A DNA stretch of 63,979 bases, filler included, from Octopus bimaculoides (GCF_001194135.2; 9 parts of 8 records of this genome joined end to end with filler, not necessarily neighbours in it), one strand, 5' to 3'. Positions 41,085-53,240 are shown, counted from the first letter of the whole stretch. The notes: generated by a model not told the origin, from the sequence alone. Numbers and translations: made by a program.

Positions 41085-41141
41085 AAGCAGAAGTGGCTGT
41101 GTGGTAAGTAGCTTGCTTACCAGCCTCATGGTTCCAGGTTC
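41085..41141 (+). mobile_element. SINE family B 5' end, running into a gap
   Basis: gcagaagtggctgtgtggtaagtagcttgcttacc...ggttccaggttc. Confidence 0.8.
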
Positions 41142-41251
41142 NNNNNNNNNNNNNNNNNNNNNNNNNNNNNNNNNNNNNNNNNNNNTTAATTAATTAANNN
41201 NNNNNNNNNNNNNNNNNNNNNNNNNNNNNNNNNNNNNNNNNCCTGAAGTTG

Positions 41252-41586
41252 GTATTGCAAACCATAAGATCGGTTGCATCACAGAACTCCAGCAGTCTGG
41301 TACCCTCCTCGTTGCGGGAACCGAAGCCATAGCCTCCATGTATGCCATGGAAGCCTCCAGCACGACGTCCGACATGACCATTGAAGTCACCAGCCACAAA
41401 GAGAAGGTCTCTGTCTCTTGTCGACGAGGTAGTTTGCAAGAGGGTGTCATAGAATTGGTCTTTCAGCCCATCCGGGAGCCCCGGTTGAGGGGCATAGGCT
41501 GAGATGACAGTAGCTAGCCTATGATGAAGCACTAGTCTAATCTTAAGTACTCTGTCACATACTCTAACTACCTCGATTACCTTATC
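41252..41586 (-). mobile_element. RTE-clade LINE apurinic endonuclease fragment
   Basis: DRVLKIRL...VISAYAPQPG...FYDTL...AGDFNGHVG...GSRNEEGTRLLEFCDATDLMVCNTNF, an intact frame. Confidence 0.9.
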
Positions 41587-41699
41587 ATTCGAAGCACATA
41601 AAGTGGAGAGAAGGTCTGTGTGGACAGGCATATATATACAAAGAAAAAGGCAGGACAGACTCTGATGTATGGGGCTTGCGTCCAACAGGATGTCATGGA

Positions 41700-42030
41700 A
41701 CATTATCCACTGACCTTGAACAAGATGACCCAAGACCAGGACGAATACGTGATCATCCAACTGTGGCTAAGGTATGTGATGTCATGAAACAGAACGTAGC
41801 GGCTTCTAAGATGAAGCCTAATCAGATTGCTACAGAATGCACCAAAGAATGTGACAACACCGCAAGGGCGATGTTGCCCAGCGTGGCAGTCTGCAAGCAG
41901 ATAACATGTAATCAACGGCTCATGCCACCCAATCCTCGACGACTTCGTGAACTGGGGGAATTGCCTGATGAATGTAGAACAACAACACACAGAGAACATT
42001 TCATGCTAAATGATAATGCCCAGACTGACA
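41700..42030 (+). mobile_element. Mutator-like (MULE) transposase fragment
   Basis: DHP...MKQ..AAS..KPNQI....MLPS...CKQI...QR..PPNPRRL.EL.ELPDE..TT...E.FML.DN resembles the region upstream of the MULE DDE domain. Confidence 0.5.
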
Positions 42031-42034
42031 TGAC

Positions 42035-42385
42035 AGAATTCTTGCTTTTGTGACTAAGCTGGAGCATTGCCTTGAAGGGTTTTAATCAAACAAATTGACT
42101 CCAAGCCTAGTACTTATTCTATTGGACTCTTTTGCTGAACCACTAGGTTACAGGGATGTAAACACACCAGCATCGGTTGTCAAGCAATGGCAGGGGGACA
42201 CGCACACATGCACACTAATACACACACACACATATATATAAATATGTATACAACGGGCTTCTTTCAGTTTCTGTCTATCAAAGGATACAAGTAGAAGACA
42301 CTTGTCCGAGCTGCCATGCAGTAGGACGGAACCTGGAACCTTGCGGTCAGGAAGCAAGCTTCTTACCACACAGCCACGCCTGGGT
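42035..42385 (-). mobile_element. SINE family B copy
   Basis: Both modules are recognisable in reverse complement. Confidence 0.8.
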
Positions 42386-42574
42386 TTACTACCATCATAT
42401 TTTTTTTAAAAGAAAACAATAAACAACAGTTTAGTTTAAATAAAACATTTTTTGTAACTGTTTTACTTTTTTTTTTTAATGAATGAAAATACTTGAATTA
42501 TTAAAAAAAATGTCTGGCAAGTGAAGAGAGCAGCACAGTCTATGGTACCCTGCTTCATCAGTGAGTCGTTATTT

Positions 42575-42679
42575 CTAATTACCATTTTCGTCTTTCACTA
42601 ATTTGCGTACTGGATCCCGAACGGCCATTAACTCATTTAGTTCCTTTACATAGGGACATTTCTCAGGGGCCAAGTTTTT
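42575..42679 (-). CDS. LRRC71: LRRC71-like protein, probable terminal coding exon (KNLAPEKCPYVKELNELMAVRDPVRKLVKDENGN*)
   Basis: Polypyrimidine tract plus CAG acceptor (42680-42682); only the phase-0 frame is open, matching the phase-0 end of the 46516 exon. The peptide resembles the LRRC71 C-terminus as I recall it (KN..P.CP....ELM..RDP). A GTAATT donor at 42577-42582 means one more exon cannot be excluded. Confidence 0.8.
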   Translation of the reverse strand, partial: KNLAPEKCPYVKELNELMAVRDPVRKLVKDENGN

Positions 42680-42879
42680 CTGCATGTTATAAAGGAGAGA
42701 GAGAGAAGGGAAAAACATATGAGAATATTTACAATATACACATACACATACACACACACACACTTGCAATATACACATCCATACATGCATAGATACACAC
42801 ATACACATATACACAAAAACATACATAAACTTACACACGCATACATGTATATACGTGTGTGATTGTATATTGTTATTAT

Positions 42880-43110
42880 CATCATTACTTTTACATCTAC
42901 TTTTCCATGGATGCATGGGTTGGATGGAATTTTGTTGAGTTGGATTTCCTATGGTCCAGATGCCCTTCCTGTTGCCAACCCTCGCCTGTTTCTAAGCAAG
43001 GTAATATTTCCCCATGACAAGACATGTTTGCATGGAAGATTAAGAGTGAAGGACACTGATTGTATGATGGTGACATTCATTTACAACTATCATACAATGT
43101 CAAGGCAAGG
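42880..43110 (-). mobile_element. RTE 3' UTR/tail fragment
   Basis: ttttccatg...gcatgggttggatgg and gatgcccttcctgttgccaacc match the 3' end of the RTE at 51040-51190. Confidence 0.65.
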
Positions 43111-44435
43111 AGACAGAACACACACACACACACATGCGCCTACATACACATACATCCACACATGCATGCATATATATATTCATGTATACATATATATGCA
43201 TATATATATTCACGCATATATATATTCATGTAAATGAACTTCTTTCAGTTTCCATCTACCATATCCACTCACAGGGCATTGGTTGGCCCAGGGCTATAAC
43301 AATAGACTCTTGTCCAAGGTCTCACACAGTAGGATTGAACCTGGGACCATGTTGTTGGGAAGCATGGAAGCATATATATCAATCAACTACAGTAGTGGTT
43401 GAATATATTCTTAAGTTCACCATTTCGTCAATTGCAGCAGCTTCCAAGCTTCACCAGTAATTCAGTTCTCAACTAAATTGCAAACTGTTAAGTTTTCAAG
43501 AGGACACCTCCTCAGCTACACTTTGGCATAAATAGTTTGAGATTTGGTTCAGTAGAAAAAAAGTTACATCAAAATATCTGCAACCTCAAGGGGGAAGTAA
43601 GACAGGTATTCATTTCAATTAACATAAACTTTTTAATGTTAAAATAAAAGTATACTTTTCTTAGGTTTAAATGATAGAAAAATGCATGACGAATTCAGAA
43701 TTGTTAGTCGCATTGAACAAAAATTAGTAGAAAAAAGTTATGGGGTAAAATGCCATGAAATTTTATGTCAGTAAGTAATGCTTTAGCAATAAGAATAAAA
43801 AATATATTGCTAAAATGAATGTTTACATTCTGAGGCAATGAGCTGGCAGAAACATTAGTATGCCAGGCGAAATGCATAGTGGTATTTAGCCTGTGTTCAC
43901 ATTCTGAGTTCAAATTCCACCGAGGTTGACTCTGCCTTTTATCCATTTCAGATCTATTCAATTTGACGTACAGATTATTTAATTATTTTTTTTTTAACTA
44001 AACACTTTGAAACTTCCAATACTCTTAATGTTTTTGACAAGAATAAGAAACTTTTTACTTAAAATATTGCAGCTAAAATTAAAATTTGAATATTAAAACT
44101 TATTTTATTATAGTTTACAAATGACACTATACTTATTTAAGTGGAATTTGGCTAATTTACTACCTTAAATAGAGAAAATAGTGACTAATTAGACAAACTT
44201 ACAAATTAACTGAACAGTTTTATGCAATAAAATTAAAAGGTGACAACTGTAAAGAGTGAGAAATTAGCAGAACTGGTATTCTTTGCTGCAATATTTTAAG
44301 TAAAAAGTTTCTTATTCTTTACTTTACTGGAAGTAACAGTTTGTCCTATACTTTTACAGGTGTAATAACTTGTCCTGTACTTTTCCAGGTTTATAATCTT
44401 AAGAATATGACTCTTCATGCTCGCAATTTTCCATG

Positions 44436-44481
<46 letters not shown>

Positions 44482-44657
44482 TTAAGGAATGGAGAAAACG
44501 CATGTTATAATTGCATACTTTATTCCTACATATGTTTCAAAGGATTACAACCTGTGTGATCCATAGGGATCTGTGATATTAAAATTGTAATTGGTTTCTA
44601 TTAACCCATTTATTCTATCCGAAGAATTATTATTCATTAAGATAGAAGAAATACATA

Positions 44658-44695
<38 letters not shown>

Positions 44696-44749
44696 TTAGA
44701 AATAATACATTTCTAAATCTCTCAGAGAGACTTAAGCAGTAGTGATGCG

Positions 44750-45080
44750 ATAAAGTAGTTGTATACTGCCAACTTAACGTGACAGTCCCTGCTTCCTGTT
44801 GGCCTTGACACATTTCACTGAAATAATATATGTTCGCGAGTGTTAGACAGACTTCTTCAACCAGCTGGTCATGCTACTTCAGGCTGATGACGAGCAAAGA
44901 CTCAGAAACATGTCCCTGAATGCTGGCTAGGCTGGGTGGAGGAGTTTGTCTCCCCCTCGCAAACATAAGGACACAGGAAATGTGTCAAGGCCGACAGGAA
45001 GCAGTCCAGCTTCCTAGGGCTAAATAACAGTAGTATATTCCTTTATTGGGACTGTCACATTAAGTTGGCAGTATACAACT

Positions 45081-45087
<7 letters not shown>
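44750..45087. mobile_element. Fold-back element with a central hammerhead, inside an LRRC71-like intron
   Basis: Left arm 44750-44816 equals the reverse complement of 45048-45087 plus 44977-45003 (one mismatch each); the 44-nt segment 45004-45047 is absent from the left arm. Confidence 0.8.
44878..44920 (+). ncRNA. Minimal type I hammerhead ribozyme motif with GUC site
   Basis: ttcagg-CTGATGA-c-gag-caaaga-ctc-a-GAA-ACATGT-C-cctgaa: perfect 6-bp stem I, canonical core, palindromic stem III, predicted cleavage after C44914. Confidence 0.8.
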
Positions 45088-45111
<24 letters not shown>

Positions 45112-45489
45112 TATCATCATTGCTTTTATATCCACTTTTCCATGCTTGCATGGGTTAGAGGGAAATTTATTGAGGTGGATTTTCTCTGGCCTGGGTGCCA
45201 TGGCTATCTCAAATGGAAAAGAAAGAAAAGAGAAGAGAGAGAGAAGATGATGGTAAAAATGTGTTGCGGTATCCCTTCAAGATACATGGAGGTAGATATA
45301 AGTGAAATGGTACAGAGGATTGAGTTGGGTGAGTGGGCAGGTAAGTTCATAAGGGTATGAAAGGACTGTGCAAGATAGGGGTAAGGGTAGTTAGATAAGT
45401 TGTTGGGGAGAGATTTATCAGGAATAAATTGTGTGCAAGAGGCATAGACATAAGCAACCTGCCTTCAGGGCCTCATTTTTGCTTAGCTG

Positions 45490-45985
45490 CATGGGTCTTC
45501 TCAAGCACAATGAATTGTTAATCATTTCAGCCCTTTGTCATCTCTTCCATGAGGCTCAACATATTGAAGGTCATTTTTCACCACTTCAGCCCATGTCTTC
45601 CTGGGTCTCCCTCTTCCATAGGCTCCATCCACATTTAGCAATTGGCATTTCTTTTTGTAGCTGTCCCCATCCATATGTAACACATGACCACACCAGAGCA
45701 GTTTCCTCTCTTGCACACCACATCTGATTTCTCTTATGCTCAATTTTTCTCTCAACACATCTACACTTGTACATGCATACTGACATTGCACATCCAGCAT
45801 AGCATACTAGATTGGGTTCTTTCAAGTTTTCATATGTCCTCTGCATTCACAGCCTACATTTAACTACCATGTAACATTGCTGTTTGTGCACAAGCATCAA
45901 ACAACCAGCCTTCCACTTTGAGAGAAAGACCTTTTGTTGCCATTAGTGGTAATAGCTCTCTGAATTTACTCCATTCTAGTCTCCA
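45490..45985 (-). mobile_element. RTE-clade LINE RT C-terminal fragment
   Basis: WSKFRELLPLMATKGLSLKV...LHGS and LREKLSIREIRCGVQERKLLWCGHVLHM...GRGRPRKTWAEVVKND. Confidence 0.9.
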
Positions 45986-46515
45986 TCTCTTCCCAACATC
46001 TCATCTAATTACCTTCCCTTCCCTTCCAGACACACAGACAGACAGATAGATATGTATACATACACACAGTTGACAGTCAAGTGTCTTGGCCATGGTCACA
46101 GTACAGTGAACTATACCAAACTGTGGTACCTGCATACTACATGGTAGACTGACCTCTTGACAGTTAAGTGCCTTGGTCATGGACACAGAATAGTGAACTA
46201 TACCACACTGTAGCACCTACAGACAGCTAGGTAAACTATTGACAGAAGAAATCCACCATTGCCCTATCAAGCTGTTGTCAGGAATCCTAATCACTCAGGT
46301 ATCTGTGTTTCCTTGAGAGGGGCAGTTTAGGTCTTCAAATAAACAATCCACTATTTTGAATGATGATACAAGGATTTTGCAGCTAAACTGGACAAGTTGA
46401 GCTGTGTATCATGCTCAGCTCACCCACTGGAATATTAAAGCTGAGAGCTAAGGAGTACTGACCAAAGATTTTTCTACTTACCCTAACTTACTAAAACATA
46501 GAGTTCACTACTCAC

Positions 46516-46634
46516 CTTAATTCTCAAACAAAGAAGTCCAGGGAACAGACCAGATTGTTCAGTGATATTCTGCTCTGATTGTTTCTTCATGGAATCTAGT
46601 AACTCTTTAATACCATTGGAGGTAATCTTGTTAC
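46516..46634 (-). CDS. LRRC71: LRRC71-like exon (R-NKITSNGIKELLDSMKKQSEQNITEQSGLFPGLLCLRIK)
   Basis: ttattaatcag acceptor and AAG|gtgagt donor; 119 nt, phase 1 to phase 0. RI-like leucine-rich repeat (NKIT..G.K.LL) followed by GLLCL, similar to LRRC71 GLLWL. Confidence 0.85.
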
Positions 46635-47759
46635 CTGATTAATAAATAACCAATGTTGTTGATGTTTCGATCTTAATTGAACAGAACAAGATGAGATGGC
46701 CACGGCTGGAATATTTTTGAATTATGATGAAAGATATTTTAACCATGACCATCACATTTATTTATTTGACTAGGCATAGTGTACTCGTCTTTTCCCTTTT
46801 TGAAAACTGTGCAGTGTGATTTGATTTATCTAGTGTTTCTAGTAGATTGGACAATCTAGCTAACTGATCGGCTGTTGTTGTTTAACCCCAGGTCAAGTTT
46901 GATCCAACAGATCTATCATCAGATGTGTTCCAGTAGTGACCATCCTACTATATTTTTAGTTAGTGTATCTCAGAGTAAATCAACTAATTGTGCAGTGATG
47001 TGTAATCCATTTAAATGTGATCCCCAGAGTAGTTTCCACCCCTATCTTCTGCCGATGCTGGATCACTTAAAAAAATAATAAAAAGTACAAAATAACTAAT
47101 GTTAAGTAGTACCCCAGGCCTTGTGAGTGGAACTGGATAGATGGCACTTGTATAGGAGTTTAAAGGGGTAGAGAGGTCTGTAAATCTTGGCTTGAAGACT
47201 TAACCCTTTACTTTGTTATTGTCAGGTACCTTTAGTGATGTTCTCTGTCTTATAAGCCTTTTGGTAGGACCCATCCTATATCCAGATGTGCCTGCCACAA
47301 ACATCTCAGAGGCTCAGCAAGAGGAGTCATAATGCGTGCCCTCCCTGTGTCATCTTCTAACTAAGCCATAAAAGCATAGTTTTAAGCTGTTTCAGCTTTG
47401 ACTGATTTTACTTCAAATTCCCTTCTAACAGTTATTTGTGTATGTCATTAGAGTGGTGAGTTACATAACCATCTGTGTCATATTGACTGGAACTGTTGTA
47501 TCATGGGGCAGGAAGTCACATAACCAACTGCATTACAGGGGCAGTGGGTCACATAACCAGTGAGGTCAATTAAAGAGTTCCTAATGTACATAATATCAAG
47601 TATGTCAGCATAGTGGAGTGCATGCCTTGCTAAATAATGATGATATGAAAATTTGAATACAGCACCACAGAATGAGAGAGAGCCTCTCTGTTGTTGCTTG
47701 AACTGTTAGAAATAGCAGCCAAATTTCCTACAAATCCTACCATCTTGAAAATGGAAAGA

Positions 47760-48110
47760 ACACATTAGTCCAGGATACACTATGTCTGAGTAAAACATAA
47801 GTCACATTAAGTAATGTAGTCCTAGATATACTGTCTGAATAAAAGACTATACATGAGATAAATTAGTCCTAGATACACTTAGTCTTGCATAGTCACCATT
47901 AAAGCTATTTAACCACAACACCATATTATGCCACACTGCACCACATTACATCACATCACACTACTGTAGTCCTAGATATACTATGTTTGAATAAAAGACA
48001 AAACATTCAATAATGTAGCCCTAGATACACTTAGAACTATATAACTACAACAACATATTATGACACACTGCACCACATCACACTGCTGTAGTCCTAGATA
48101 CACTATGCCT
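47760..48110 (+). repeat. Irregular tandem array of gtagtcctagata(c/t)acta...ctgaataaaagac units
   Basis: About 7 copies of the tagtcctagata core, plus one more at ~49555-49605. Confidence 0.7.
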
Positions 48111-48153
48111 AGAATGGTTATAACTAGGTAAATGATGAGAAAACTATACTCAC

Positions 48154-48268
48154 GGGATAAATCTAAGCATTTGAGCATTTTATTGCCAGTAACCCAAAGT
48201 TCTTTGTTCACACTGTTGTATTCAACTCTACCCATGAGAGGATGGCCATGTTCCATGATGGTAATTCC
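48154..48268 (-). CDS. LRRC71: LRRC71-like exon (GITIMEHGHPLMGRVEYNSVNKELWVTGNKMLKCLDLS-R)
   Basis: ttgcag acceptor with an in-frame stop just upstream, C|gtgagt donor; 115 nt, phase 0 to phase 1, joining the next exon as CGT (Arg). HPL...LWVTGNKML..LDLSRN matches the LRRC71 pattern NPLL...GN..L..LNL.RN. Confidence 0.85.
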
Positions 48269-48879
48269 CTGCAATTATCAGAATGTTTGTATTTTGTCAT
48301 TATTTGATACCAGTAAGATAGCGAGTTGGCAGAATCATTAGCATGTTGGACAAAATGGTTAGTGGTGGCTTTTCATCCAATTCTCTATGTTCTGAGTTCA
48401 AATACTGTCCATGTTGACTTTTGCCCCTTTTATCCTTTTGAGATCAATAAAATAAAGTTACCTGGCAAGTATTAGGCTTAAGGTAATTGACTTACCCCTC
48501 CCCTCAAAATTGCTGGTCTTGAGCCAAAATTTGAAAAAAACTATTTAACATCAGTTCTTCCTCCTCCTCCCCCTCCCCTCCCCNNNNNNNNNNNNNNNNN
48601 NNNNNNNNNNNNNNNNNNNNNNNTCCTCCTCCTCCTCCTCCAGTAACAGCTACAACAACAGTTTCTAACATAGGCACATAGTCTGAAATTTGAGGGAGAA
48701 GGGATTGGTCAATATCAATGACCAGTACTTTGTTTTGTCAATCCTGAAGAGATGAAAAACAAAGATGACTGCAGCAAGATTTAAACTCAGAATGTAAAGA
48801 ATCAGAAGAAATGCTTGCTTGTTTGCTTGCTTCTTGCTTCATGCTTTTGCTTGATGGGGCTGGGGTGTATTCCCAGGTT

Positions 48880-49480
48880 AGTGGTTCCAGAGGGTTAGAG
48901 TAGAGCTGACCAGGTCCATCACTGGCAGTCCCATGCCAGCTCCTCTGCAACCTCCCAAGATGACATCGAGCTGCTGGAAATCTTCCTTAATCACATCCGG
49001 CTATCTGGTGCAGGGCCTATCATGGGGTCCCTTCTAGCCCACAGCTGCTGTGCCAAATGAGAGTGAGGCCACTCTGGTCAGATGATCTGGTGGGAGGCAG
49101 AGGACATCTCTGTATCAGCACATGTGGCTGATAGCTATGGGTGGGAGGCTGCAGGCTGAAATTCTATGGCTCTGCTATCAAAACTCAATCCTCTTTGTCA
49201 GGGAGGAGAATGGAGAGGACTGATGCATTGTAGATGTGGAGCTTTGTCTTTCAGGAGATAGAGGAGTGGCACAAAAATGAGTATATGACCCCAGTGACCA
49301 AGGCCACACCTGCAGTTGATCTCTGGGTTCAGGTCTCCATTGTTGGCAACTGTGGAGCCCAAGTAGATGAAGGAGCAAACAAACTCCTCAATGTTGGGGC
49401 CAATATGGAGAGGTGGAGGGTCCAGGCTGTTGACAACATGCATCAGATTAGTCTTCACCCAACTCACTTGAACCCCAAGC
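48880..49480 (-). mobile_element. Decayed RTE/BovB-like RT fragment
   Basis: SWVKTN...IEEFVCSFIYLGSTVANNGDLNPEINCR.G. Confidence 0.7.
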
Positions 49481-50032
49481 TTTGCTGATCCCTCTTGGTC
49501 CGTGCATCCCTGAGCAGGTTAATAGAGTAGTATTGTAGGAGGGGATACATTAGATAATGTAGTCCTAGACATACTATGCCTGAATAAAAGACATGACATA
49601 TCAGATAATGAAGTTCTAATGTAGCTATACAAACATCCTAGGCCTGCTCTATGGCACATATATCTGGGACAGTGCTGCTATTAAACACACAAAACATCCA
49701 AGACCATATTACAGTATTGCTCACATAACTGAGACAGCATTGCTATTACATAATATAAACATTACATACACAAACGTCCAGAAATATCCTAAACCAAGGA
49801 CGGTGGACCTTTCTGAGAGCAGGTACACAAACTGACAATTTTAAAGAATTTTTCTCATGTGCCAATGGAAATTTTAGAGTAGAAGATTATTGTTTTTATT
49901 TTATTTGTATTTTACAAGATATTTTATAGAGAAAGAGATGGACTATAGTAGAAGACACTTGCCCATGGTGTCATACAGTGACAGAGGGATTGAACCTGTA
50001 AACCATGGCATTGAGAAACAAATATCTTAACC

Positions 50033-51190
50033 ATGGACATCAAAGGCAGGTTAACTAGCAAGTTAGTTTTTGTTTGTGACAGATGTTCAGGTGCAATAAA
50101 GACTGCAAACAAACAGGAAACAACTTCTATCTCATTCCAGGGTGAAAAACTAGAGGTAGTCGATAGCTTCCGCTATCTGGGCGACCAAGTTAGTAGTGGG
50201 GGTGGGTGCGCTGAAAGTGTAGCTGCTAGAATAAGAATAGCCTGGGCAAAGTTTAGAGAGCTCTTACCCCTGCTGGCGACAAAGGGACTCTCACTCAGAG
50301 TAAAAGGCAGACTGTATGACGCATGCGTACGAACAACCATGCTACATGGCAGTGAAACNNNNNNNNNNNNNNNNNNNNNNNNNNNNNNNNNNNNNNNNNN
50401 NNNNNNNNNNNNNNNNNNNNNNNNNNNNNNNNNNNNNNNNNNNNNNNNNNNNNNNNNNNNNNNNNNNNNNNNNNNNNNNNNNNNNNNNNNNNNNNNNNNN
50501 NNNNNNNNNNNNNNNNNNNNNNNNNNNNNNNNNNNNNNNNNNNNNNNNNNNNNNNNNNNNNNNNNNNNNNNNNNNNNNNNNNNNNNNNNNNNNNNNNNNN
50601 NNNNNNNNNNNNNNNNNNNNNNNNNNNNNNNNNNNNNNNNNNNNNNNNNNNNNNNNNNNNNNNNNNNNNNNNNNNNNNNNNNNNNNNNNNNNNNNNNNNN
50701 NNNNNNNNNNNNNNNNNNNNNNNNNNNNNNNNNNNNNNNNNNNNNNNNNNNNNNNNNNNNNNNNNNNNNNNNNNNNNNNNNNNNNNNNNNNNNNNNNNNN
50801 NNNNNNNNNNNNNNNNNNNNNNNNNNNNNNNNNNNNNNNNNNNNNNNNNNNNNNNNNNNNNNNNNNNNNNNNNNNNNNNNNNNNNNNNNNNNNNNNNNNN
50901 NNNNNNNNNNNNNNNNNNNNNNNNNNNNNNNNNNNNNNNCTGGCTTGTGCGGGTGGCACATAAAAGACACCATTTCGAGCGTGGCCGTTTTCGTGCGGGT
51001 GACACGTAAAAGCACCCACTACACTCTCTGAGTGGTTGGCGTTAGGAAGGGCATCCAGCTGTAGAAACTCTGCCAAATCAGACTGGAGCCTGGTGTTGCC
51101 ATCCGGTTTCACCAGTCCTCAGTCAAATCGTCCAACCCATGCTAGCATGGAAAGCGGACGTTAAACGATGATGATGATGATGATGATGAT
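50033..51190 (+). mobile_element. RTE-clade LINE 3' portion (RT, gap, 3' UTR, (GAT)n tail)
   Basis: LEVVDSFRYLGDQVSSGGGC..SV.ARIRIAWAKFRELLPLL...LYDACVRTTMLHGSE in an intact frame; the tail ends in gatgatgat. Confidence 0.9.
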
Positions 51191-51314
51191 GGAGTCACAC
51201 CATTGTGGAAAAACTTTTAGTTTGCTTTCAGTGGCTTTTATGTTATCAAACATGACACCAAGTACTTTTCCAGATCTCTGTACACTTTTGTTTAAATGAT
51301 TGAAATCATCATGA

Positions 51315-51560
51315 TTATCATCATCAATTAACGTCCATTTTCCATGCTGGCATGGGTTGGACAGTTCAACAGGAGTTGGCCAGCTGAAGAGCTGCCCAGG
51401 CTCCAATTGTCTGTTTTGGCATGGTTTCTATGGCTGCATGCCCTTCCTAACACTAACCACTTTACAGAATGTACTAGGTGCTTTTATGTGACACCAGTAC
51501 GGGTGCTTTTAACATGGCACCAGCACCCACAAGTCTGTGAGGTTAGGATCACTCAGCCGA
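51315..51560 (-). mobile_element. RTE 3' UTR fragment
   Basis: Reverse match to 51000-51190. Confidence 0.7.
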
Positions 51561-51879
51561 AGAGGGATGTAAGGGACATGCCTTTATGCAAAGACAGCTA
51601 TGATTTTACTTAGCTTGATGTGTCTTCTCAATCACGGCAAATCACCAGAAGTTTTGGTCCCTTGTCACCTCACTGTGAGGCCCAACATCTGAAAATCCCT
51701 TCTCATTTATTTACAAATTCACACAATGTCAGATAATTCTTGAAAAGAACATTTGTCATTCATTAAAAATAGAAATGCAATAAATTGTTTAAGAAAAGAA
51801 CCTTAACCATTCTGTGTGCACTGATTTCACCTTGCTCAGTATATTCTGAATTTGTCTTTTTCCAAGGTATATGCAGGTA

Positions 51880-52095
51880 TATGAGGGAGTGCTGAAAAGT
51901 TTCTGGCTTTTGGTAAAAGACAATACAAGAGGATCAGTTAATTATGATTCTATTCATCATATTTCCTTCTCAGATTCACACACTTACTGCAGCAGTCCTT
52001 CAGTTTATCTAAGCCTTGTAAAACTTGGAAGGTCAGGCCTCCAACCAAACCTTTCGTGACACCCCTAAAGCCAGGAACTTTCAGGACCCACTCAT
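51880..52095. mobile_element. Mariner-type MITE
   Basis: Imperfect ~30-bp TIRs atgagggagtgctgaaaagtttctggcttt and aaagccaggaactttcaggacccactcat. Confidence 0.65.
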
Positions 52096-52109
52096 TTAAT
52101 TAACTACCT

Positions 52110-52405
52110 TATTACAATTTTCATCATAACTTCAAGTTGCTCAAGATCAACTTTTGCACATAAAGTCTCCTCATGTATAATGCAATGAAAGGTTATCTTT
52201 GGATATCAAACAAATTCACAAAGCCTACTTCACTACCAGTTATCCTGGGTGCAACATCAGTTTCCCAGAAAAATCCTTGGAAAAGTTAGTCTGGCAACTA
52301 TGTTATTGTTCATTTACTACTGTCATCCATATGCCAATATCTTTTGTTAGCTGTTTTGATAAATTTGTTTCCATCAGACCATTAATTATTTTTAGGCTTT
52401 AGCTT
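52110..52405 (-). mobile_element. hAT (Buster/GTF2IRD2-like) transposase fragment
   Basis: TDVAPRITGSEVGFVNLF and FHCIIHEETLCAKV..EVMMKIV motifs. Confidence 0.7.
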
Positions 52406-52799
52406 TGTAATTGCTGCTGTGGTGTTATGAGCCAGGCTGTGTTGGAGGGAAAGACTGGAAGTACACATGTCCTGTCGGAAGTGGGGCCTGCGGATCCCAC
52501 CGGAAGGGCTGCGGTGGGCATGCAGGGTTAGTGAGGCACAAGCGGGCAGTTGGCAGTAGACCTGTTAGATGGTATGGCAGCAGACAGAGCAGATGGACGT
52601 TGTAAGTGACCCCTTCCACATAGACAGACAATACAGCAGCAGACAGAGCACATGAATGTTGTGAGTGACCCCTTCCAGATAGACAGGTAAGACCACCATA
52701 ATTCTCCTTCTGCTTCTGTCTTTTCCTCCTTCTTAGCCATTACATCTTTCTGATGCAAAACTCCCCATCATATTAGTTATAATAATTGTTTAAGTAAAT

Positions 52800-53240
52800 A
52801 TCGGTTTCAAATTTTGACGCAAGGTCAGCAATTTTGGGGTGNNNNNNNNNNCCCCCCCCTCAGTGCTCAGCTAGTATTTTATTGACCCCAAAAGGATAAA
52901 AGGCAAAGTCAACTTCTGCAGAATTTGAACTCAGAATGTAAAGACGGACAAAATGTCACTAAGCATTTTGTCTGGCATCCTAACAACTCTGCCAGCTTGT
53001 CATCCTAATAATAATAATGATAATAATTGTTTCAAATTTTGGCACAAGGCCAGCAATTTCAGGGGTGGGAGTAAGTCAATTACACCGACTTCAGTGTTCA
53101 ACTGGTTCATATTTTATTAACTTTGAAAGGATTAAGGCAAAGCCAACCTTGACAGAATTCAAACTCAGAACATAAGGATGGATGAAATGCCGATAAGCAT
53201 TTTTACCAGGCATGCTAATGATCCTGCCAGATCGCTGCCT
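52800..53240 (-). mobile_element. Two SINE family A copies
   Basis: ggataaaaggcaaagtcaac...gaactcagaatgta in reverse, present twice. Confidence 0.75.

Noticed and set aside
52700-52750. KDVMAKKEEKTEAE as an LRRC71 exon
   Set aside because: The acceptor is plausible but no usable donor exists before the frame runs into unrelated sequence and a stop.
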